A stretch of 55,604 nucleotides of DNA from Chloroflexota bacterium (GTDB taxonomy: Bacteria; Chloroflexota; Limnocylindria; Limnocylindrales; CSP1-4), in the NCBI GenBank assembly GCA_003152165.1, contig PLZO01000029.1, positions 1 through 55,604 on the forward strand, written 5' to 3'. Within the stretch, counting starts at the first letter, position 1; the number at the start of each line of letters is the position of its first letter. Positions 27,450-36,620 of the stretch are shown here, piece after piece. The notes under the pieces are model-generated. The model was not told the DNA's origin. It did no database searches and saw only the letters and a list, made by a program, of their open reading frames with translations. The translations under genes were made by a program, and so were the position numbers.

Positions 27450-28021
27450 CCGCGCTCGACCACCGATCGCTGCTCGGGGCTCGCGGAAGCATGTGAAGAA
27501 CCTGGCACTACCCAGTCCACGGCACCTGCCGGGCCTGACCCGTCGCCGTCCGACCCTCGTTCGCCCTGGTCCGGGCTTGGTCATGACCTAGATCGGGGTC
27601 AATCGTCTTCTGCGACCGTCACCAAGCGCTCAGTCGGAAACGTTCGGTGGATCCGGGTTTAGATTGAGGTCAAGGGGGGCCCATCGGCGTCGCCTATCGG
27701 GGCAACGCCGTCATTGTCGCCTCGCGTGATCGCGTCGCGCGGCCGGCGACCGTCAGCGCGAGGGCGTCGGAGCCGGTCGGGTAAAGGCCACGGCCGCCAT
27801 GGTCGTCGTTCCGGCCGCGACGGGCTCCATCGCCCCGATCCCGACCGACAGGGCGATCGCCGGTCGGCTTGCCCTGTTCGGTCGGAGCGTCATACAGGGC
27901 GCTGCGAAACGAATCGTCGGTGACATGGCAGACTGCATTAAGCGCCGACTCGAGAGTAGCAGCCCTGACTCGTCGAGCTCGATTCCGGCTCCCGCGGAGT
28001 GATCCTCGTACCGGTCGGCGA

Positions 28022-29374
28022 GTGGGCAGACGAACTTCCGGTTCATGTGGCCTGAACGGGCAAAAGGAGTCGATCACGGACGATAGGGCCGAAACGAAGT
28101 ACCGCGGCGAGGCGGTTCTTAAGGTCGTCGACATGAGGACACGGCGAGCATACCGGATCCCGATCGAATGGGACGCGATCCGAGCCACTGACCTCTCGAA
28201 TATCCGCGATGACGCCCGCCAGGCACACGGCTTGGCGAGCTACGATCCTGCCCTGGTGAACACGGCCTCTTGCACCAGCGCGATCACGTTCATCGACGGC
28301 GACCGAGGCGTCCTGCGCTATCGCGGCTACCCAATCGAGCAGCTGCCTGGCCGGGTACGCTTCCTCGACGTGGCCTATCTCCTCATCCACGGCGAGCTCC
28401 CTGGTGGCATCGAGGCCCGCGATTGGGCGGCCGCAGTCAGCTCTGGGGCCGACCTGCCCGGAGCGATCACGAGTATGGTGGCAGGCTTTCCGGCCGAGGC
28501 ACATCCGATGGGCGTTCTGTTGGCGGCGTGGTCAGCGCTCGGGGCCTATCGCGAAGCGTCCAAGGCCGTGGACGACCCGACGGTCCGGGCTGCCGAGGTC
28601 CCGCGTTTCCTTGGCTCGATCGCGGCGCTCGTCGGGTTGGTCGTCCGCCATCGGACCGGGCGTCCGCTCGCCAGCCCAGCCGCGTCAAAGGCCGATTACT
28701 CGACCCGCTTCTATAGAGAGCTGTTTCCCGCTGAGGCTCCGCCCGATCCTGTTCTGGCCGACGCGCTCGACACCCTCCTGATCATACAGGCCGACCACGA
28801 GCAGAATTGCAGCACGAACGCCGTGCGGGCCGTCGGGTCGTCTCGGGTGGACCCGTATTCGGCGATAGCGGCAGGCATCGCGGCGCTATACGGCCCGCTT
28901 CACGGCGGGGCGAACGAGGCGGTCGTGCGGATGCTCCACCAGATCGGCACCGTCGATCGGGTGCCGCCTTACATTGAGAGCGTAAAGCGCAGCGAGCGTA
29001 AGCTGATGGGCTTCGGCCACCGCGTATACAAGAGCTACGACCCGCGGGCGAAGATCATCAAGGCGACGATGGAGCGGGTCTTCGACGTGACTGGGACGAG
29101 TCCGCTTCTCGACGTCGCCTTGGCGATCGAAGCAATCGCCCTCGAGGATGCCTACTTCATCGATCGTAAACTGTATCCGAACGTCGACTTCTACTCTGGC
29201 TTGGTTTACGAGGCGATGGGCTTGCCAATCGACACGTACACGACGATCTTCGCCGCGGCACGAATGGCCGGCTGGGTGGCGCACTGGCTTGAAGGGATCC
29301 AGGATCCCGAGCAAAAGATAACGCGACCACGCCAAGTTTACGTCGGTCGCGACGCCCGGGATCTGGGGCGTTAG
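28022..29374 (+). CDS. Citrate synthase (type II-like)
   Basis: SYDPALVNTASCTSAITFIDGDRGVLRYRGYPIEQL...AYLLIHGELP, ADHEQNCSTNAVR, GPLHGGANE and MGFGHRVYKSYDPRA. The start is uncertain (GTG 28022 or ATG 28133). Confidence 0.9.
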   Translation: MGRRTSGSCGLNGQKESITDDRAETKYRGEAVLKVVDMRTRRAYRIPIEWDAIRATDLSNIRDDARQAHGLASYDPALVNTASCTSAITFIDGDRGVLRYRGYPIEQLPGRVRFLDVAYLLIHGELPGGIEARDWAAAVSSGADLPGAITSMVAGFPAEAHPMGVLLAAWSALGAYREASKAVDDPTVRAAEVPRFLGSIAALVGLVVRHRTGRPLASPAASKADYSTRFYRELFPAEAPPDPVLADALDTLLIIQADHEQNCSTNAVRAVGSSRVDPYSAIAAGIAALYGPLHGGANEAVVRMLHQIGTVDRVPPYIESVKRSERKLMGFGHRVYKSYDPRAKIIKATMERVFDVTGTSPLLDVALAIEAIALEDAYFIDRKLYPNVDFYSGLVYEAMGLPIDTYTTIFAAARMAGWVAHWLEGIQDPEQKITRPRQVYVGRDARDLGR

Positions 29375-29479
29375 GCGGAGTTCTGGCCGAACGGTTGCCA
29401 ATCCGCGCACTGGCCACCTCACTTAAGGAGCGGTCCGGCCCTGCCGATTGCTGCCGCGATCGCCTCGCCGATTTCGACA

Positions 29480-29950
29480 GTAGTCACGCAACCGCCGAGA
29501 TCTCGCGTCCGCGAGCGACCCGCCGAAGCGGAGGGTCGAGCCGTGCCTGGTCACTGGGCCGGGGATCTGATCAGGGGCTCGAACAACAACCCACATGCGT
29601 GTTGCTGGTCAAGGTCGATGGGAAAGATACCGGCAGCGTCGTCGCAGTCGGAGCGCTGACCCGGCAGGTCAACCACCTCCCAGACCAGCTGATACAATCG
29701 CTCACCTGGGCCCGCGGGATGGAGCTCTGCCCCCAAGCAGTTCACCGTCGCCACCGATGCCCAGGCTACTTCGCCGACCCGAGAAGCCCCTGGCAGCGTG
29801 GCTCAACAAACGAGAAGAAGAACCCGCGGGATGGAGCTCTGCCCCCAAGCAGTTCACCGTCGCCACCGATGCCCAGGTCTACTTCGCCGACCCGAGAAGC
29901 CTCTGGCAGCGTGGCTCAACAAACGAGAAGAAGAACCCCATAGGCGCCCC
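29480..29950 (+). mobile_element. IS30-family transposase remnant (frameshifted, partly duplicated)
   Basis: Frames give RPAEAEGRAVPGHWAGDLIRGS, then VLLVKVDGKDTGSVVAVGALTRQVNHLPDQLIQSLTWARGMEL, then YFADPRSPWQRGSTNE. These correspond to the DDE region of IS30 transposases. Confidence 0.65.
29711..29935. repeat. Direct tandem duplication, 112 bp + 113 bp
   Basis: Copy 1 is 29711-29822 and copy 2 is 29823-29935. They differ by one 1-bp indel (caggctac vs caggtctac) and one substitution (aagcccctgg vs aagcctctgg). Confidence 0.95.
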
Positions 29951-30001
29951 ATGGAATGATTGATCGACGAATGCGACCAAAGACATCATGAGGTGACGGA
30001 G

Positions 30002-30841
30002 ATGGACTTTCGGGGTGAACCGATGCGCGTGCTGATCGGCTATGACGGCTCGGAGTCGGCGGACCAGGTCTGCGAACTCGTGGCCGGCATCGATTGGCCG
30101 CCCGGGAGCGAACTGCGGGTCGTGACCGCGTATCCACCGTACCTGCCGGGCGCGGACTGGCCGGGCGGGGGCGTCGAACCGGCGGTGGCTCAGGGGGTGT
30201 TCGAGGGCGAACGCAGCAAGGCGGAGGAGCGCGCCACGGCGGCCGCCGACAGGATCCGCCGCCCGGACGTGACGGTCACGTCGGGTGCGCTCATGGGTCG
30301 CGCCGCGAGTGTCCTCCTTGATGAGACCTCGGCACGGTCGACCGACCTCCTGATCGTCGGGAACCGTGGCCTCGGACCCTTCACGTTCGCGCTCGTGGGA
30401 TCGGTCGCCGCCGAGGTCATCGACGGTGCCGCGTGTCCCGTGCTCCTCGTTCGACGGCCGGCGATCGATCGGGTCCTTCTCGCTGACGACGGATCGGCAG
30501 GTGCTCGAGCGGCCGCCGCCCTCCTCGCCTGGCCGGTCTTCGCCCGCAGCCAGGTGCGCGTCGTGACCGTCTCCGAGACCGACGCATACGCGACCGAGGC
30601 GACACCTGCGCACAGCGCGGCTGAGGGGCTCACGGCCGCGGGCCGTGCGCCTGAGATCGACGTCCGCTCGGGCGACCCGGCGCACGAGATCGTCCGGGCG
30701 GCATCGGACTGGAAGGCTGACCTGATCGTCATGGGCAGCCGGGGTCGGACGGGGCTCGCTAGGCTGCTGCTCGGCAGTGTCGCCCGCAAGGTCGTGGAGC
30801 ATACGCCATGCTCGGTGCTCATCAAGCGCTTGTCGGCGTAG
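30002..30841 (+). CDS. Universal stress protein, tandem USP domains
   Basis: MRVLIGYDGSE..., LLIVGNRGLGPFTFALVGSVAAEVIDGAACPVLLVR and DLIVMGSRGRTGLARLLLGSVARKVVEHTPCSVLI. The start is ATG 30002 or 30023. Confidence 0.9.
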   Translation: MDFRGEPMRVLIGYDGSESADQVCELVAGIDWPPGSELRVVTAYPPYLPGADWPGGGVEPAVAQGVFEGERSKAEERATAAADRIRRPDVTVTSGALMGRAASVLLDETSARSTDLLIVGNRGLGPFTFALVGSVAAEVIDGAACPVLLVRRPAIDRVLLADDGSAGARAAAALLAWPVFARSQVRVVTVSETDAYATEATPAHSAAEGLTAAGRAPEIDVRSGDPAHEIVRAASDWKADLIVMGSRGRTGLARLLLGSVARKVVEHTPCSVLIKRLSA

Positions 30842-31034
30842 TCCATTTCCCAGTCGGGCTGGTCATGCCCTTCGGTGTCGCGGTGGTCGATCTTCTCGAG
30901 TCGCACAAGCCACAGGCGGCAGTGGCAGCGCGTCGAGCGTGGAGGCGGCTGCAGCGGTGATCGAGCTTCGTCCGAGGGATGATACTGAACTGGCAATGTG
31001 GGAGGCCACCCTCCGTCGCTCACCAGTCCGGGGG

Positions 31035-31400
31035 ATCCAGACCCAGGGCGACTGGACTGACTGTGGTGTCTGGCCGCTCGGCGATGGGGTGGCGGACCTC
31101 TCTGCCTTCGTCGCGATCCTCGGCTATTCGCGGATGAGCGCCGTCCGCTTCGCGACCGACAAGACGCCCGACGACGCTGCGCGCGATCGTCCGCTGCGTC
31201 GACGACCTCGGCGGCGCGAGCGCGGAGTTCCTGACCGACCGCGACACGGCGCTCATGAACGGGGTGAGATCCGACGGCAGCCCGATCTACGCGCCCGACT
31301 GGGTCGACGACAGCTGCTCGAGCTGGCCGGAGAGATGCTGCAGGCGCGTCGAGCATCTCCTCAGGGAGGCAGGCAGGGTCTCGGTCGTTGGAGCGCCCAC
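31035..31400 (+). mobile_element. IS21-family IstA transposase remnant (frameshifted)
   Basis: QGDWTDCGVWPLGDGVADLSAFVAILGYSRMSAVRFATDKT, then in another frame VRCVDDLGGASAEFLTDRDTALMNGVRSDGSPIYAPDWVD. Confidence 0.6.
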
Positions 31401-31469
31401 CTGCACGGTCAGCTACGGCGGGGTGGTCCGTCACCTCCAAACGAAGGCACCTGATCTCCCACGCCACGA

Positions 31470-31622
31470 ACTGGAGCGAGGGCGACCTCGAGCCCGAGAC
31501 CGAGACCGGGGAGGAAATGGCCACGCGACGTTTCTCTTCACGCCGCGGCCGGCGCGGAGGTTGAGGTCGACCTCGACACCGGGCGGATCGATGCGGTCGA
31601 CCTCCGACGCGCATACGCCTAG
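31470..31622 (+). pseudogene. Short remnant of a molybdopterin hydroxylase large subunit
   Basis: It ends AAGAEVEVDLDTGRIDAVDLRRAYA*. Compare VAGAQVRVDTETGSVQILHY in the intact large subunit at 42803-45124. Confidence 0.35.
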
Positions 31623-31638
31623 CTTTGGCAGCCTCCCA

Positions 31639-32613
31639 TCACACGTAGTGGGGCAGCTCGTCGAGCGTCGATGGCACGAACATCTCCTCGGCGGGGAAGA
31701 CGCGGTCGATCATGCCCTGCTCGTGCGACCAGCGGATCATCGCCTCGAGCGCTGAGCGGTTGCCCTCGAAGGTGTAGTTCCACGGGTCGGGGCCGAGGAT
31801 GCGCTGCTGCTCCTCGATCAGGTCGCGGACCCAGGCGAGGCTGATCGAGCGCGGGTCCTGCATGCCCCGGAATGCGAGATCCTTCGACTCGCGGAACGCT
31901 TCGAGCATGTTGACGGCCACCCACGGGTTCTGCTCCAGGACGTCGCGCCGGATGACCACCGTGTGCATGATCGGGAAGAAGCCGGTCTTCTGGAAGTGCG
32001 CCATCTCCTTGGCCTTGTAGTCGGGGAACAGGCGCGTGACGCGCGGGTCGCCGCGCAGCACTGAGGCGGGCATCACCGGGTAGATCAGGCAGTCGATCTC
32101 GCCCTCCTCGAGCATGCGCGTCACCGTCTTGCCTTCGGGCACGCGCTCGATCGGGAAGCCGGCCGGCGGCGCGAACGGCACGCCCGCCTCGTCCTGGCAG
32201 AGCCACTGCACCTTGGTCAGGTCGACGCCGTACTCGTCGGACAGGATGCCGCGGACCCAGAGGCCGGCGGTGTTCTGCCAGCTGCGCAGGCCGACGCGGC
32301 GTCCCTCGAGCTCCTTGGGCGAGCGGATTCCGGCATCCGCGTTGACGAAGATGAACGAGTGCCGGAAGCAGCGGTGGGGGAATGCCGGGATGGCGATGAA
32401 CGGGTTGTCACCGCGACCCTGGAGCATGAGAAAGGCCGACATCGAGAACTCGCACACGTCGAACTCGGCGTGGCGGCCCATCCGCCAGTGACGCTGCGGG
32501 TGCGGAGGTGTGACCACCGTGAGGTCGACCCCCTGAGGCCGAACCTCCCCGTCGATCAGCCCGCGATTGATGTCGTAGGTGTGGCATGCCAGGGTCAGGT
32601 GGATGTTGTTCAC
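31639..32613 (-). CDS. 4,5-dihydroxyphthalate decarboxylase-like (PhtD-type, periplasmic-binding-protein fold) non-oxidative decarboxylase
   Basis: 324 aa. LTLACHTYDINRGLIDGEV, FDVCEFSMSAF, IAIPAFPHRCFRHSFIFV and GFFPIMHTVVIRRDVLEQNPWVAVNMLEAF match my memory of the PhtD family. GTG start. Confidence 0.7.
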   Translation of the reverse strand: MNNIHLTLACHTYDINRGLIDGEVRPQGVDLTVVTPPHPQRHWRMGRHAEFDVCEFSMSAFLMLQGRGDNPFIAIPAFPHRCFRHSFIFVNADAGIRSPKELEGRRVGLRSWQNTAGLWVRGILSDEYGVDLTKVQWLCQDEAGVPFAPPAGFPIERVPEGKTVTRMLEEGEIDCLIYPVMPASVLRGDPRVTRLFPDYKAKEMAHFQKTGFFPIMHTVVIRRDVLEQNPWVAVNMLEAFRESKDLAFRGMQDPRSISLAWVRDLIEEQQRILGPDPWNYTFEGNRSALEAMIRWSHEQGMIDRVFPAEEMFVPSTLDELPHYV

Positions 32614-32695
32614 GGTTATACCTTGTGCTCGGAGTGTCTGCTCGGCATCTCATCCCCTCCGCGACGTCGAAGATCTCGATGATCGCCTCTTCATG

Positions 32696-32735
32696 TTACT
32701 GCCCCTTACTGCCCCTTACTGCCCCTTACTGCCCC
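32696..32735. repeat. Perfect 10-bp tandem repeat (TTACTGCCCC)x4; on the gene-sense (minus) strand it reads (GGGGCAGTAA)x4
   Basis: Four exact units at 32696-32735. The array starts 5 nt after the LLM stop (32741) and ends 82 nt upstream of the PhtD-like GTG (32613). On the minus strand it gives G4-5 N6 G4 N6 G4 N6 G4. Confidence 0.95.
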
Positions 32736-32740
32736 CGGTG

Positions 32741-33802
32741 TCAGCGCACCGCGGCGGCCTCTGGAGCAATGGCACGGCCGTCGCCCCGAAGGAGCTCCGG
32801 AAGAACCTCTTCGCCGATGGTCACGAGGCCCTCCTCCCATTCGTCGAAGCTCGGCCGCAGATCGAAGACGAAATGCCGGCCACCCACCGCCTGCCAGGCT
32901 CGGACCTCCTCGCCGATCCTATCCGCGGGACCGAGAATGACGGCGCCGTCGAGGTCGTTGGCCGACGTGAAGGCCGCCCCGTTCCCCTTGGCATAGGAGG
33001 CGTTGACCTCCTCGAGCAGCCGCTCTTCGTTGACCCAGCGAAGCGCATCCTTGACGGTGCGTCCGGGGACGACGACGGGGATCGTCCCGGCATCCGGGAC
33101 CGGCTTGCCCGCCTCCCCGGCCAATCGCTCCATCCGCTGCATGCACTTCGTGAAGACGGACTTGGGCATCCGGCCCGGTATCCAGCCGTCGCAGTACTCG
33201 ACGGCCCGCCGTACTGCCGCGAGGCTCGTGCCGCCGTACCAGATGGGAACGGACCGACCTTCAGGCCCGCCCGGAACCGGCTGGATCTCGACGCCCTCGA
33301 ACTGGTAGTACTTGCCGTCGTGGTCGACTGAGCCCCCGGCCCAGAGCTTGCGAACAATCTTGATCTGCTCCTCGATCACCTCGCGGCGGTCCCAGCCCGC
33401 CATCCCGATGGCCGCGAACTCGTGGTCGTACGTTCCGGTGCCCCAGCCGATGATCAGCCGCCCCGGGCCGGCGACGAAGTCCAGCGACCCGATCATGAGT
33501 GCCGCAAGGATGGGATGCCGATGGGGAATCAGTGTCCCGGTGGCGAGCTTGATCCGATCCGTCGCACCGGCCACGGCGCTGAGCACGACGAACGGGTCCA
33601 CGTGCGTCTTGTTCTGGTCCTCGTGGGCATGCGGATGGAAGACGATGTGATCTCGTACCCAGACGGAGTCGAACCCATACTGCTCGATCTGCCGGGCTCC
33701 GTCGATGAGGCGCTTCCGACTCGCGTTCCTCCCGAAGTGAGGGAGCAGCACGCCGTACTCGTAGCCTGGGTTGTTCGCGCCGATTGCTCCTGCGGCCATC
33801 AT
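32741..33802 (-). CDS. LLM-class flavin/F420-dependent oxidoreductase
   Basis: I start it at MMAAGAIG, directly after GGAGGAGAA. FDSVWVRDH, KLATGTLIPHRHP and LIIGWGTG. It is a clear paralogue of 45634-46674. Confidence 0.85.
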   Translation of the reverse strand: MMAAGAIGANNPGYEYGVLLPHFGRNASRKRLIDGARQIEQYGFDSVWVRDHIVFHPHAHEDQNKTHVDPFVVLSAVAGATDRIKLATGTLIPHRHPILAALMIGSLDFVAGPGRLIIGWGTGTYDHEFAAIGMAGWDRREVIEEQIKIVRKLWAGGSVDHDGKYYQFEGVEIQPVPGGPEGRSVPIWYGGTSLAAVRRAVEYCDGWIPGRMPKSVFTKCMQRMERLAGEAGKPVPDAGTIPVVVPGRTVKDALRWVNEERLLEEVNASYAKGNGAAFTSANDLDGAVILGPADRIGEEVRAWQAVGGRHFVFDLRPSFDEWEEGLVTIGEEVLPELLRGDGRAIAPEAAAVR

Positions 33803-34278
33803 TTCTCCTCCTTCGGCAGGCTGGACTTGAGGGTGTCGAGTCGACGTACGTAGAACAAGACCAGCGTTCTCTTGCATGCCGCCGGCCCAACTCCGCCGGT
33901 CCGAGCGGAGACCGTCGGATCCGGGCGTGTGACAGCGTCGACGAGGCGGGCCGGGGGTCGCGCCATTGACCGCGGTCGTTGGATAGCGGCCAGTATACGT
34001 GGCGCTCGCCGTCGACCGCGCACCGGGTCGACGTGGCCGACGGCGGTGGATGGCTGTCGTCAGACAGCGGGCCGAATGGGGGATCTCGGCGCGGAGCCGG
34101 GCTGAGCGTCGACGACCTACGACCGGTATGTCGAATCGGCCCCGACGTCGCGCGGAGCAGCGCGTTGAGGCCCCTTTGCGCCTGGAACTCGCAACGGAGC
34201 AACCGACGGAACCTGTTGACATTCAGACACGGGCCGCTGCGCTCATGCCCGGCCTGATCGGGGACCTGCGCGAGCGGG

Positions 34279-34392
34279 TCACGCATGCCTCGGTCTCGCT
34301 CCGGGATCGATTGCCAGGTAGCGGACGCCGCGCTCCATCAGGAAGTCGACGACGAGGTCCGAACCAAAGCGAGGACCGGGATGTCGTTTCAT
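34279..34392 (-). pseudogene. 37-codon N-terminal stub of a ThDP-dependent (acetolactate-synthase-like) enzyme
   Basis: MKRHPGPRFGSDLVVDFLMERGVRYLAIDPGA, then a stop. I recognise nothing in the about 470 bp between it and the LLM start. Confidence 0.35.
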
Positions 34393-34427
34393 CGGGAAAT
34401 CTGAACCGCGCCTACGTCAGCAGCAAC

Positions 34428-35468
34428 CTATATCGTGAGGATGCTCTCTTTAGGTCCCTGCTCACGAGCCGTGATCCCCGAGGCCTGCAGGTACCGTCCA
34501 TACCAGTCGAGGAACTGGTCGATGAGGACGAGATAGTTCTTGCGATATGCCTCATAGTGGGTGACGTTGTGCTGGCGGACCAACTTCTTCGGTGGCAAAG
34601 CCCGCTGGTATAGTTCCAGTGCATGGCCCACTGGCGTCACGACATCATCGTCGACCGCAGTCATTAACAGCGCGCAGTCGATCCGATCGACGATCTCAAG
34701 GGGACGGAAGCGCATGAGTGATTCGGCTGACGCGAGGTGAAAGTCACCGCCAACGCGCACGTCGTCCGTGCTTCGGACGCCAGAGGATCGGCGTTCGGGC
34801 GTCGCCACCATTAGCTCCTCCCGCGGTTCCACCAACTCGTCCACGTTCTCCACGGCTCTCCGCCGTCGATTCTCATCAACGCGCTGTTTGAATGAAACCC
34901 ATTCGTGCTCGCGGCGCATCTCGCGAAACCACGTCCCGCCATCAGCGACGACAGACTGTGCGCAAATCGCCTTCACAAGCGGCTCTTCGCGCGCCGCGTA
35001 CATGGCATTCCCACCAGCGAGGCCGCCGAGCGCAAACAACCCCAGCCGAGCCTCATCGCACTCGGCGCGGGTGCGGATGTAGGCAATCGCGTTCAGCAGA
35101 TCTTCGAGCTGATCCTGCGGCCGGATCCAACCGCGTTCGCCTTCACTGTCTCCGAAACCGCGGGCATCGTATCCGAACACGCCATACCCGCCGCCGACGA
35201 GACCCTCATGGTAGCTCTCGCTGATTGTTGAGCAACGAAGCTCAAGCCATCCCGGGTTCTGGACGATCACAGGCCAAGCGCCATCACCCTCAGGAAGGTG
35301 AAGGGTTCCAGCGAGTCGCTTGCCTTCGCTGAAGAAGGCGACCTGTTCACTGCGCACTGTGTTGGGTCCTCCAGTTAGTCTGGCAAGGCGCGTTCCGTCG
35401 GGATCTGCGGCGACGAAGATTGAGTGGCGCGGTCCACATGGGACGCGAACCGCGTAACCTTCAGGCAT
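34428..35468 (-). CDS. Alpha/beta-fold hydrolase family protein (nucleophile elbow apparently lacks Ser)
   Basis: 346 aa. PVIVQNPGW, YDARGFGDSEG, AVDDDVVTP and VTHYEAY. The elbow region reads RLGLFALGGLAGGN. GC is visibly lower than in its neighbours. Confidence 0.7.
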   Translation of the reverse strand: MPEGYAVRVPCGPRHSIFVAADPDGTRLARLTGGPNTVRSEQVAFFSEGKRLAGTLHLPEGDGAWPVIVQNPGWLELRCSTISESYHEGLVGGGYGVFGYDARGFGDSEGERGWIRPQDQLEDLLNAIAYIRTRAECDEARLGLFALGGLAGGNAMYAAREEPLVKAICAQSVVADGGTWFREMRREHEWVSFKQRVDENRRRRAVENVDELVEPREELMVATPERRSSGVRSTDDVRVGGDFHLASAESLMRFRPLEIVDRIDCALLMTAVDDDVVTPVGHALELYQRALPPKKLVRQHNVTHYEAYRKNYLVLIDQFLDWYGRYLQASGITAREQGPKESILTI

Positions 35469-35469
35469 A

Positions 35470-35925
35470 ATAGCAAGGAGAGCTTATCCTGGATCCACCG
35501 ATGGCCCCGGACCTTCGGTCCGCGCCGGCGGCCGAGCCTCTTCTTGGTGCGCTCGTACCGGTCGTGATACGCGGGGTGACGGGCGGAGTGGGTGGCGGCC
35601 TCGATGAGCGTCCAGCGGAGGTACTTCGGACCGTTCTTGGCGAGCGGCCCTCGATCGTCGCGGCGACCCGACTGGCGGACGAGTGGGCAGAGGTCGGTGT
35701 ATCCGGCCAGCTTCTTGGGCTGGCGAACCGGCCGATGTCGCCGATCTCGGTCGCGATCGTGTAACCGAGCACCCAGGCGATCCCGGGCACAGTCCGCAGG
35801 AGCGGGACGGACGGGTGATCGGCGCCCATCGCCCGCAGGTCGGCCTCACAGGCGCCGATCTCGGCGTCGAGCTGGTGGACGAAGTGGAGACTCGCGGCAA
35901 GCGTGGTCGCCCACGGCTCGGGGAC
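35470..35925 (-). mobile_element. IS110-family transposase C-terminal remnant (frameshifted, N-terminal catalytic domain missing)
   Basis: LHFVHQLDAEIGACEADL...LLRTVPGIAWVLGYTIATEIGDIGRFASP, then in another frame KKLAGYTDLCPLVRQSGRRDDRGPLAKNGPKYLRWTLIEAATHSARHPAYHDRYERTKKRLG. Confidence 0.7.
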
Positions 35926-35945
35926 GGCGAGCCCGGCGCCCCCGA

Positions 35946-36090
35946 GATCACGGCGGCCTGGGCGCTCACCCTTGACGCCGCCTATGCGGCTCACCCGGAG
36001 CGCTTCGTCCGTCGACCGCCCACGCCACCCGAGGTCCCGACGGCGGTCTGGATCAACCCGCCGGCCAGGCAGGAGGTGCCGACTCAGTAA
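35946..36090 (+). mobile_element. IS3-family transposase (integrase-core) extreme C-terminal remnant
   Basis: LTLDAAYAAHPERFVRRPPTPPEVPTAVWINPPARQEVPTQ*. It is followed by GTGTCTCACGGGGCTTGACA, which looks like a terminal inverted repeat. Confidence 0.55.
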
Positions 36091-36249
36091 TGCGCATGCC
36101 GGGGTGTCTCACGGGGCTTGACAGGCGCCGGTCCAGTGGATCAGCCAGTCGTTCCTCCAGCTGGTCCTGCTATCGGTGATCATCGTCGGCCAAAATATCG
36201 CGTCACGATTCTCGAACAAGCGGGCCGACATGACCTACAAGGATGCCGA

Positions 36250-36535
36250 GGACACACTGGCGACGATCGACGCTCCCGGGTCGGGGCCGACCCCAGTCGT
36301 ATTCGTCGGGATCTTTCTCCTTGCTTTCGTCGTCGCCGCCTTCTCCGACCGGCGATGCTGGCGGGGAACGCCCGTTCGCCCACCATATGGACGTCGACTA
36401 TTCCTGCTACGAGGGGCGGAAAGTCACCGGACGCTCGGAGATCGTCATGTCGCGCGGCTCGGTCGTCGTCCGGGATGGCGCCTCCCACGGCGCCCGGGGC
36501 CGGGGCCATGCTCCGCGAGCATCTCGAACCGATGA
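36250..36535 (+). pseudogene. Dihydropyrimidinase / D-hydantoinase C-terminal remnant
   Basis: HHMDVDYSCYEGRKVTGRSEIVMSRGSVVVRDGASHGARGRG resembles the C-terminus of cyclic amidohydrolases. The upstream part is frameshifted. Confidence 0.5.
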
Positions 36536-36620
36536 CCAAGGCTCCGCCGCCATTGGCCGAGCCGTTGCACTGGTTGATCTTGATGCCGTCAACACGGCTG
36601 CTGCCGCGGAGCGGAGCGGG

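Noticed and set aside
27450-28021. ORFs antisense to or upstream of citrate synthase (27694-28188(-), 27753-28046(-)) and a possible IS1380 end around 27600-27680.
   Set aside because: The translations lack motifs and are compositionally shadow-like. I cannot verify the IS terminus without ISfinder.
32696-32735. Could the 10-bp repeat array be a CRISPR array?
   Set aside because: The units are only 10 bp, directly abutting with no spacers, and no cas genes are present. I treated it as a tandem repeat / G4 motif instead.
33803-34278. About 470 bp between the LLM start and the ThDP-enzyme stub with no gene I can recognise. I looked for an RNA gene or riboswitch.
   Set aside because: No conserved RNA motif, tRNA cloverleaf or convincing structure was recognised by eye. 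It is most likely decayed coding sequence of the ThDP enzyme. A covariance-model scan (Rfam) would be needed to decide.
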